Below are positions 16,891 through 24,048 of a DNA stretch of 64,000 bases, in pieces. Where the stretch lies: positions 23,590 to 87,589 of the forward strand of contig JBGCFL010000026.1 of NCBI GenBank assembly GCA_045106975.1. Direction: 5' to 3'. A program made the position numbers and the translations under genes. Source of the DNA: Ekhidna sp. GTDB taxonomy: Bacteria; Bacteroidota; Bacteroidia; Cytophagales; Cyclobacteriaceae. Numbering within the stretch: the stretch's first letter is position 1; each line of letters starts with the position of its first letter. The notes beneath the pieces were generated by a model. That model was given only the letters and a program-made list of their open reading frames with translations. It did not search any database and was not told where the DNA came from.

Positions 16891-17139
16891 AATTGAGTAA
16901 TTATTTTATCTTCGAGCTGAAATCAAAAAATGGCATTCTATTTGGCTATTTTTGATCTATTAGGATTGGTTGATTTTGTGAAAAAGAATAGTGCGTTTTG
17001 TATTTAGTGAATTGATGAAAGTGAAAGAAAAAACCTCTGATCGAAGAAATGTCTTTACAGACGTAGAGATGGGGGGATCGACTGGACTGGTTTACCAATT
17101 ACTAACTCAAGATTTTTTTAAGAGTTGGTTTGAAGGACA

Positions 17140-17167
17140 TAAAAAAAGCCCCTTCAAAGAAGAGGCT
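17140..17167 (-). terminator. rho-independent terminator downstream of tRNA-Phe
   Basis: On the minus strand a 9-bp stem (agcctcttc / gaaggggct, one mismatch) with a 3-nt loop is followed by a run of 7 T. Confidence 0.65.
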
Positions 17168-17176
17168 TTAAAAATG

Positions 17177-17249
17177 TGGTGCTGAGTGGATTCGAACCAC
17201 CGACTCACGGATTTTCAGTCCGATGCTCTACCAACTGAGCTACAGCACC
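17177..17249 (-). tRNA. tRNA-Phe (anticodon GAA)
   Basis: The reverse complement GGTGCTGTAGCTCAGTTGGTAGAGCATCGGACTGAAAATCCGTGAGTCGGTGGTTCGAATCCACTCAGCACCA folds as a 73-nt cloverleaf with anticodon loop CTGAAAA. CCA is not encoded. Confidence 0.95.
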
Positions 17250-17263
17250 AATTTTTGAGTTGG

Positions 17264-17271
17264 CAAAAGTA
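17264..17271 (-). promoter_or_regulatory. candidate -7 box (TActTTTG) for tRNA-Phe
   Basis: The reverse complement of caaaagta matches TAnnTTTG and lies 14 nt upstream of the mature tRNA 5' end. Confidence 0.45.
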
Positions 17272-17330
17272 GATAATTCTGTGAAACAGAAAAATATAAT
17301 TGGAAATAGATAAAATATTTTTTTAAAACT

Positions 17331-18641
17331 ATGCAATACATACCTCAAATAGCCTTTCTTGTCATAGCTGGAATCTTCGGCTACTTCATTTTTGGTCGTA
17401 TTCGGCAGATATCTAAAAATATCAAGCTAGGGAAACCTGTTGATTTATCCGGAAACAAAGGTGAACGATGGAAAAATATGCTTTTGATTGCTTTTGGGCA
17501 GAAGAAAATGTTCAAAAGACCTCTACCAGCATTTTTGCACCTTTTAATATATGTCGGGTTTATACTCATCAATCTTGAGGTGCTTGAAATCATCATTGAT
17601 GGGATTTTTGGGACTCACCGAATTTTTGCTCCCGTATTGGGAGGCCTGTACACTGGAATGATCAATTTCTTTGAGTTCCTAGCCCTAGGTGTTCTTGTAT
17701 CATGTGTTATTTTTCTCTTGAGAAGAAATGTGACCAAGGTCGAGCGTTTCCATAAGGTGGAGATGAAAGGTTGGCCTACCATGGATGCAAACTTGATTTT
17801 AGTAATAGAGATAGTTTTAATGGTCGCCATTCTTGGAATGAATGGGGCTGATCAAATTTTACAAAAAAATGGCGCTGAGCACTACACTCAAACAGGTTCT
17901 TTTCTCATTAGCTCCTCTTTGTTCTCGTTCATGCAAAATTGGGACACTACAATGCTAGTATTAATTGAGCGTGGGGCATGGTGGATTCATATAGTGGGAA
18001 TTTTTGCCTTTTCACTTTTTGTTACTTATTCAAAGCACTTGCACATTTTTATGGCGTTCCCTAATACATATTATGGTCGTTTGAGTCCTAAAGGCCAAAT
18101 GGAGAATATGCAAGAGATCACCAATGAAGTTAAAATCATGTTGGGTATGCCAGTTGAAGGTGAAGCTGCTCCACCTGCTGATGGAATGAAGTTTGGAGCA
18201 AAAGATGTGAATGATTTGAACTGGAAAAATTTGATGGATGCCTATGCATGCACAGAGTGTGGACGATGCACGTCGGAATGCCCAGCAAATCTCACAGGTA
18301 AAAAGTTGAGTCCTAGGAAGATAATGATGGACACTAGGGACAGAATGGAAGAAGTAGGGACAGTTGGTCTGGAAGATGGAAAATCACTTTTGGGAGATTA
18401 TATCACAAAAGAGGAAATAAATGCGTGCACAAATTGTAATGCATGCACAGAGGCTTGTCCTATCAACATCAATCCATTGGATATTATTCTCCAGACAAGA
18501 AGATATGTGGCAATGGAAGAGTCTGGTTCTCCAGATTCATGGAATGCGATGTTCCAAAACGTAGAAACCAATTTTGCCCCTTGGAAATTTGGTGTACAGG
18601 ATAGATTTAATTGGTCAAATGAGCTAAAGGAAGAAAAATGA
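17331..18641 (+). CDS. membrane-anchored 2x[4Fe-4S] ferredoxin-domain oxidoreductase subunit (HdrD/DsrMK-like N-terminal half)
   Basis: The N-terminal ~240 aa contain about six hydrophobic helices. Two CxxCxxCxxxCP motifs follow (CTECGRCTSECP and CTNCNACTEACP). Confidence 0.75.
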   Translation: MQYIPQIAFLVIAGIFGYFIFGRIRQISKNIKLGKPVDLSGNKGERWKNMLLIAFGQKKMFKRPLPAFLHLLIYVGFILINLEVLEIIIDGIFGTHRIFAPVLGGLYTGMINFFEFLALGVLVSCVIFLLRRNVTKVERFHKVEMKGWPTMDANLILVIEIVLMVAILGMNGADQILQKNGAEHYTQTGSFLISSSLFSFMQNWDTTMLVLIERGAWWIHIVGIFAFSLFVTYSKHLHIFMAFPNTYYGRLSPKGQMENMQEITNEVKIMLGMPVEGEAAPPADGMKFGAKDVNDLNWKNLMDAYACTECGRCTSECPANLTGKKLSPRKIMMDTRDRMEEVGTVGLEDGKSLLGDYITKEEINACTNCNACTEACPININPLDIILQTRRYVAMEESGSPDSWNAMFQNVETNFAPWKFGVQDRFNWSNELKEEK

Positions 18642-19429
18642 GTGAAATAAATATACCAACCGTAGCAGATCTAGTAGCAAAAGGAGAAAAGCCAGAAGTG
18701 CTTTTTTGGGTAGGATGCGCAGGTTCTTATGACGACAGATACAAAAGCGTTACAAAAGCTTTTGTGAAAATATTGAATAAAGTGGGAGTGAACTTTGCCG
18801 TCCTTGGGCCAGAAGAAACTTGTACGGGAGATCCTGCACGGAGAGCTGGGAACGAATTTCTTTTCCAGATGCAGGCAATGGCCAATATCCAAGTGCTAAA
18901 TGGATATGAAATACAGAAAATAGTGACTGCTTGTCCTCATTGCTTCAATACTTTGAAAAATGAGTACCCTGAGCTTGGAGGTAATTACGAGGTAATCCAT
19001 CATTCTACCTTTCTTCAGCAATTAATCAACGATGGTAAAGTGGAGCTCAAAGGTGGGGGCGAGTTTAAGGGTAGAAAAATCACTTATCATGATTCTTGTT
19101 TTCTGGGTAGAGCAAACAATGTGTATTCAGCGCCTAGAGCAGTTTTAGAGGCATTGGATGCCGAGCTTGTGGAGATGAAGAGATGCAAGACAAAAGGTCT
19201 TTGCTGTGGAGCGGGCGGAGCTCAAATGTTCAAAGATGCTGAACCAGGTAATAAGGAGATTAACATTGAGCGTACAGAAGAGGCGTTGGCTACCAAAGCA
19301 GATACTATTGCAGTTGCTTGTCCTTTTTGTATGACAATGATGGCTGATGGAGTAAAGAATAAGGAAAAAGAAGATTCGGTTAAAGTGAGAGATTTGGCTG
19401 AACTCATTGCAGAGTCGGAGGGTTTGTAA
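18638..19429 (+). CDS. cysteine-rich CCG-domain (Fe-S)-binding protein (HdrD/GlpC/GlcF-like C-terminal half)
   Basis: Two CCG-type Cys clusters (CPHCFNT...; GLCCGAGG...CPFC). Overlaps the upstream gene by 4 nt (ATGA). Confidence 0.75.
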   Translation: MSEINIPTVADLVAKGEKPEVLFWVGCAGSYDDRYKSVTKAFVKILNKVGVNFAVLGPEETCTGDPARRAGNEFLFQMQAMANIQVLNGYEIQKIVTACPHCFNTLKNEYPELGGNYEVIHHSTFLQQLINDGKVELKGGGEFKGRKITYHDSCFLGRANNVYSAPRAVLEALDAELVEMKRCKTKGLCCGAGGAQMFKDAEPGNKEINIERTEEALATKADTIAVACPFCMTMMADGVKNKEKEDSVKVRDLAELIAESEGL

Positions 19430-19432
19430 GTT

Positions 19433-19915
19433 ATGCTAATCCAATTTGATCAAATGCCCGATACATCTAGAGTTTGGATATATCAAGCTGAAAGGAAACT
19501 CTCAAGTCAGGAAATCGATTTTGTTAAAAACAGTACTTCAGACTTTTTGAGCAACTGGTCTGCTCATGGGTATGGCTTAAAAGCTGCTTTCAAAATCGAG
19601 TATGACCAATTTTTAGTAATTACCGTAGATGAGTCATTTAGCCAGGCTAGCGGCTGTAGTATAGACGCATCCGTAAATTTGATTAAAGCCTTGGAGCAGC
19701 AAACAGGTATTTCTTTTATTACGAATGGATTGGTTGGTTTTCTCATTGAGAATGAGGTAAAACTTCTTCCATTCAATGAAATCAAAAAGGAAATATCAGC
19801 AAATCATATATCAGAAAGTACACCTATGTTCAATAATACCATTCAGCATTTGTCAGACTTTAAGTCTAAATGGCTGGTAGAGAGTGGTCAAGGTTGGGTG
19901 AGTCGTTATTTTTAA
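19433..19915 (+). CDS. hypothetical protein (160 aa), probably co-transcribed with the Fe-S pair
   Basis: The ORF starts 3 nt after the CCG-protein stop. No motif recognised. Confidence 0.5.
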   Translation: MLIQFDQMPDTSRVWIYQAERKLSSQEIDFVKNSTSDFLSNWSAHGYGLKAAFKIEYDQFLVITVDESFSQASGCSIDASVNLIKALEQQTGISFITNGLVGFLIENEVKLLPFNEIKKEISANHISESTPMFNNTIQHLSDFKSKWLVESGQGWVSRYF

Positions 19916-19941
19916 TAGGGACTTTACCTGTGTTCTTGTTT

Positions 19942-19949
19942 TATCTTTG
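19942..19949 (+). promoter_or_regulatory. candidate -7 box (TAtcTTTG) for the OmpA-family lipoprotein gene
   Basis: tatctttg matches TAnnTTTG and lies 46 nt upstream of ATG 19996. Confidence 0.35.
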
Positions 19950-19995
19950 AAGTAAATTCGAAAGATCAATTCAAACGTAATTTCGTTATCAAGAT

Positions 19996-21969
19996 ATGCG
20001 AAGACTCTTTTATCTACCTCTTGTCTTTATTCTAATTGGATGTTCCATTGAAGGGAGCTTAGAAAAAGGCGAGTTTGACGCTATTATTAATAAACTGGGA
20101 GGAAATCCTGAAAAGAACTCTGCGGACGAAAATATCCTAGTTGGTGACGCTTATAGGAAATCCAATAGAGTACATGAGTCAATACCTTTTTATCAAGAGG
20201 CATTGGATCAAGGATCGTCTAATGAAGCAATTAATTTATATGTTGCCAGAGGCTTAAAAGCTGAGCAAAAGTATGAAGAGGCTCACAAAGTATTAGATAC
20301 CTATTTAGCAAAAGCTAGAGACTCTGAAGTAAAGAAAAAGGCAGAGAGGGAGCTCAGTAATTTAAGAAAGCTAGAAGAGTTAGAAGCTGCTAGTAGCTTC
20401 TATAAAGTCAAAAATCTAGAAGGCATTAATACAGAGAGAGCCGAATACTCACCTGTTTACAGTAGAAACTACCTGTACTTCACATCTAATAGAGACGGCA
20501 GTAAAATTTACCGAGCTACTGGCACCCCATTCACTGATATTTATCGTGTTTCTTCAAAAGGAGCAAACGTTAATTTAAAAACACTCTCGGCATTAGATCC
20601 AATCATTAATCATTTGGATACGAATGAAGGATCAGTTGCGATTTCACCAGACGGTAATTCCATGATCTTTGCAAAAGGGAATGACGGTAAGGCAACAGGC
20701 TTTACTGAGGTAAATCTCTTCTTTTCTAGATTTAGAAGTGGGAAATGGTCTGAACCTGCTCCACTATCTATAAATAGTGCAGAATCTTGGGATTCATGCC
20801 CTACGCTTAGTCCAGATGGAACTACACTTTATTTTTCCTCAACACGACCAGGAGGACATGGCGGAGCAGATATTTATACTGCTAAGGTAAATAGAAGAGG
20901 CCGATGGGTAGATGTTAGAAATATGGGTCCAGAAATAAATACTTCTGGAGATGACATGTTTCCATATGTAAGTGAAGACGGTAGTTTGTATTTTTCTTCT
21001 ACAGGACACCCTGGTTTCGGAAAGCTGGATATGTTTAGGGCTGTACGAGAAGGAGGACACATTACTGTAGAAAATTTAGGTAAGCCGATGAATTCATCTG
21101 CAGATGATTTTGGCTTGTTTCAGTTCAATCTTACGAAAGGCTTTTTCTCTTCCAATAGAAAAGGGGGGAAGGGAGATGATGATATTTATACATTCATTAA
21201 CAATGATCCAGACCTTAAGGTGGTCAATTACTTTTTGACTGGAACTACTGTGACAACCGATGATGGTAATTCCGAAATCATACTTCCAAATACGAAGGTT
21301 TCTCTCACGGCAGACAATGGAGATGTGATTGATGAGGCATTCACCAATGCTGATGGCAGTTTCAAATTTCGAGTATATCCGGAAGAACACTATGATTTAA
21401 TTGGAGAGAAGACAGACTATTTCACCACAAGAAAAGATTTCACTACGATTGGTAAAACGGTCGATAAGACCAAGATGACAGAGTTTGTGACCAATGTGAA
21501 TTTTGAAACCAAAATCATGATGGATCGCATAGTCTTGGAAAAATCCATAGTCTTGGATAATATTTATTACGATTTAGATAAGTCAGATATTAGGTCAGAT
21601 GCGGCAATTGTGTTAGACAGTCTTGTTCAGATTATGAATGATAATCCACAGATTTATATCGAATTAGGATCTCATACAGATGATCGAGCAGGTGATGACT
21701 ACAATTTAAACCTATCAAGAAATAGAGCTCAATCTGCAGTTAGATACATCATTGATAATGGAGTTGCATCTGCTCGTGTCGTTGCAAAGGGCTATGGAGA
21801 ATCTCAGCTTTTGATAAAAAATGCCCAAACAGAAGAGGAGCATCAGCGAAATAGACGGACAGAATTTAAAGTGCTGAAGTACAATCCGCAGAATGAGGAA
21901 AACGATCTTGCTCCTGGAGAAGAGAGTGATGAATATGATCGATTCTTCGATGATTCTGGTAATGGATAA
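19996..21969 (+). CDS. TPR / TolB-like beta-propeller / OmpA C-terminal domain lipoprotein
   Basis: Lipobox LIGC. Repeated PD40-like segments (SP..S.DG..L.F.S.R.GG.G..DIY). OmpA-like C-terminus (GHTD...NL.LS..RA..V..Y..., NRRTEF). Confidence 0.8.
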   Translation: MRRLFYLPLVFILIGCSIEGSLEKGEFDAIINKLGGNPEKNSADENILVGDAYRKSNRVHESIPFYQEALDQGSSNEAINLYVARGLKAEQKYEEAHKVLDTYLAKARDSEVKKKAERELSNLRKLEELEAASSFYKVKNLEGINTERAEYSPVYSRNYLYFTSNRDGSKIYRATGTPFTDIYRVSSKGANVNLKTLSALDPIINHLDTNEGSVAISPDGNSMIFAKGNDGKATGFTEVNLFFSRFRSGKWSEPAPLSINSAESWDSCPTLSPDGTTLYFSSTRPGGHGGADIYTAKVNRRGRWVDVRNMGPEINTSGDDMFPYVSEDGSLYFSSTGHPGFGKLDMFRAVREGGHITVENLGKPMNSSADDFGLFQFNLTKGFFSSNRKGGKGDDDIYTFINNDPDLKVVNYFLTGTTVTTDDGNSEIILPNTKVSLTADNGDVIDEAFTNADGSFKFRVYPEEHYDLIGEKTDYFTTRKDFTTIGKTVDKTKMTEFVTNVNFETKIMMDRIVLEKSIVLDNIYYDLDKSDIRSDAAIVLDSLVQIMNDNPQIYIELGSHTDDRAGDDYNLNLSRNRAQSAVRYIIDNGVASARVVAKGYGESQLLIKNAQTEEEHQRNRRTEFKVLKYNPQNEENDLAPGEESDEYDRFFDDSGNG

Positions 21970-22090
21970 GCCTCAAAGGCTTTTCTTTGCGGCAGCTATA
22001 GCTTTTTAATTTAAAATGTCTTTTTTTATCTATTGAAAAATGATAGATTAAAAGAGACTCTTTTCTTTTGGATTGATAATATTAAACCTA

Positions 22091-23251
22091 ATGACTGATC
22101 GCTACGCTCAAAGAGGTGTTTCCGCAGATAAAGAAGATGTTCACTCTGCCATTAAAAACATTGACAAAGGATTGTATCCAAAGGCATTCTGTAAAATAGT
22201 TGAAGACATTTCCAAAGATCCTGAGTACTGTACTATTATGCATGCTGATGGGGCAGGTACCAAATCATCTTTAGCCTATCTATACTGGAAAGAAACAGGT
22301 GACATAAGCGTCTGGAAGGGAATAGCACAGGATGCTATTATCATGAATACTGATGACTTATTATGTGTGGGATGCACAGATAATATTCTATTGTCATCTA
22401 CTATTGGTAGAAATAAAAATCTGATTCCTGGAGAAGTAATTGCAGAGATCATCAATGGAACAGAGGAAGTATTGCAAATGCTTCGAGATAATGGTGTCGA
22501 TATTGCGTCTACAGGAGGAGAGACGGCTGATGTAGGAGATTTGGTGAAAACGATTATTGTGGACAGCACTGTCACCGCAAGGATGAAAAGAAATGAAGTG
22601 ATCAGTAATGATAATATTCGTCCTGGTGATTTGATTGTGGGGTTATCTTCATATGGTCAATCTTCTTATGAAAGAACATATAATGGCGGTATGGGTAGCA
22701 ATGGATTGACTTCTGCACGTCATGATGTTTTCGCTAATGAGTATTCAGAAAAGTATCCTGAGACATATGACGCAGTAGTTTCTAAAGATCTGATATACAG
22801 TGGCTCCAAAAAATTAACTGATGCAGTTGAAGGCTCATCTCTGAATGCGGGTCAGTTAGTTCTTTCCCCAACTCGTACATATGCACCAATAGTTCATGCA
22901 ATTCTTAAGGAAATTAGGTCTGAAATTCATGGCATGGTACACTGCAGCGGAGGCGCTCAAACCAAAGTGCTACATTTTGTAGACAAGCTGAGGATTGTGA
23001 AAGACAACATGCTTCCAACTCCACCACTATTCAATATGATTCAAGAGGAGAGTGGAACAGACTGGAAGGAAATGTATAAGGTTTTCAATATGGGTCATCG
23101 TATGGAAATTTACGTAGATGAGGAAGCTGCAGATGAAATCATTGAAATATCTAAATCTTTTAATGTAGATGCTCAAGTGATAGGCAGAGTTGAGGTATCT
23201 GAAAAGAAAGAGCTTTTCATTCAGTCAGAGCACGGCATTTTTGAGTACTAA
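22091..23251 (+). CDS. purM: phosphoribosylformylglycinamidine cyclo-ligase (AIR synthase), long Bacteroidota form
   Basis: 386 aa from ATG 22091 with PurM-like blocks MHADGAGTKS, DDLLCVG and VHCSGGAQTK. Confidence 0.8.
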   Translation: MTDRYAQRGVSADKEDVHSAIKNIDKGLYPKAFCKIVEDISKDPEYCTIMHADGAGTKSSLAYLYWKETGDISVWKGIAQDAIIMNTDDLLCVGCTDNILLSSTIGRNKNLIPGEVIAEIINGTEEVLQMLRDNGVDIASTGGETADVGDLVKTIIVDSTVTARMKRNEVISNDNIRPGDLIVGLSSYGQSSYERTYNGGMGSNGLTSARHDVFANEYSEKYPETYDAVVSKDLIYSGSKKLTDAVEGSSLNAGQLVLSPTRTYAPIVHAILKEIRSEIHGMVHCSGGAQTKVLHFVDKLRIVKDNMLPTPPLFNMIQEESGTDWKEMYKVFNMGHRMEIYVDEEAADEIIEISKSFNVDAQVIGRVEVSEKKELFIQSEHGIFEY

Positions 23252-23277
23252 TTCTTCTTTGAAACTGTTTCTTGCAT

Positions 23278-23301
23278 AAAAAAAGTCAGCTAAAAGCTGA
23301 C
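23278..23301 (-). terminator. rho-independent terminator (minus-strand sense) between purM and a small His-rich ORF
   Basis: On the minus strand the hairpin gtcagc-tttta-gctgac is followed by 7 T. On the plus strand the same hairpin has no T tail. Confidence 0.6.
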
Positions 23302-23310
23302 CTCAGTATT

Positions 23311-23460
23311 TCATTGTTCTACATCATGATGTGTATGATGATGATGGAATCTGTTTTGTCTCCTCAGTAAAAATTTCCACATGCTATTCCAAATATCATC
23401 AAATGCATAGTGAAGTACATTCTTGAGATTAAGCCAATTATTTTGTTTCTTCTTGTTCAT
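23311..23460 (-). CDS. small ORF (49 aa) with a His-rich C-terminus; not in the supplied ORF track
   Basis: My own translation is MNKKKQNNWLNLKNVLHYAFDDIWNSMWKFLLRRQNRFHHHHTHHDVEQ*. It has an ATG start, and the stop lies 9 nt before a minus-sense terminator hairpin. Confidence 0.35.
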   Translation of the reverse strand: MNKKKQNNWLNLKNVLHYAFDDIWNSMWKFLLRRQNRFHHHHTHHDVEQ

Positions 23461-23708
23461 CGTGGAGGCTGTTTAGCTGGTTGTATTTCAAATGTACATG
23501 ATTTTGTTAAAAAACAATATCAGAAAAAAATATCCTATAAAAATTGTACGATTAAGAAATGTTAATCTTTAAATAGTTCAATTTTCCCTTTTTCAAAACT
23601 AAAAAAGGAGCCTAAATCATTTTAAACAGCAAGAAATAGCTTTAACTGTATAGATTAAATGCAATCTTAATCCTAGAGAAGAGATGAAGGTGTGTTAATC
23701 TCTAGCAG

Positions 23709-23975
23709 CTATTTCTTATACCAAACACGAATTAGTTGATACCAATGAGATGAACTTTCTCGTCCAGTTCCCAACATGGTGTCGTCACTTCCTTCCTCGT
23801 CAGAATCGTGAATGTTAGGAAGGAGAACCGTTTCAATATTTATTATTTCATAGCTATTTTGGCTAATCCACTCATTCATTGAGGAAACAATATCTCCAAA
23901 TGTTTCAATTTGCGCAGATTTAAATAAGCCTCCTTTTTTTGTGAGTTTTGGTGTGAAATCAATGTGCTCGATCAT
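23709..23975 (-). CDS. hypothetical small protein (88 aa)
   Basis: An isolated ORF with an ATG start in an otherwise non-coding 800-bp stretch. It has an acidic central patch (DSDEEGSDD). No motif recognised. Confidence 0.5.
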   Translation of the reverse strand: MIEHIDFTPKLTKKGGLFKSAQIETFGDIVSSMNEWISQNSYEIINIETVLLPNIHDSDEEGSDDTMLGTGRESSSHWYQLIRVWYKK

Positions 23976-24048
23976 GGTATTAGTATTAGGGTATCAAAAT
24001 AAAAAGAGAAATTTATAGATATATTTAAATAAATTCCAGTTTTTTCGA

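Noticed and set aside
16991-17185. A 64-aa plus-strand ORF between TetR and tRNA-Phe
   Set aside because: It has a GTG start, overlaps the tRNA-Phe terminator hairpin and the tRNA 3' end, and shows no recognisable motif. It is probably not a gene.
15150-17330. The TetR-hydrolase block next to tRNA-Phe as an integrated mobile element
   Set aside because: No integrase, recombinase or transposase is present, and I saw no direct repeat of the tRNA 3' end. tRNA adjacency alone is insufficient evidence.
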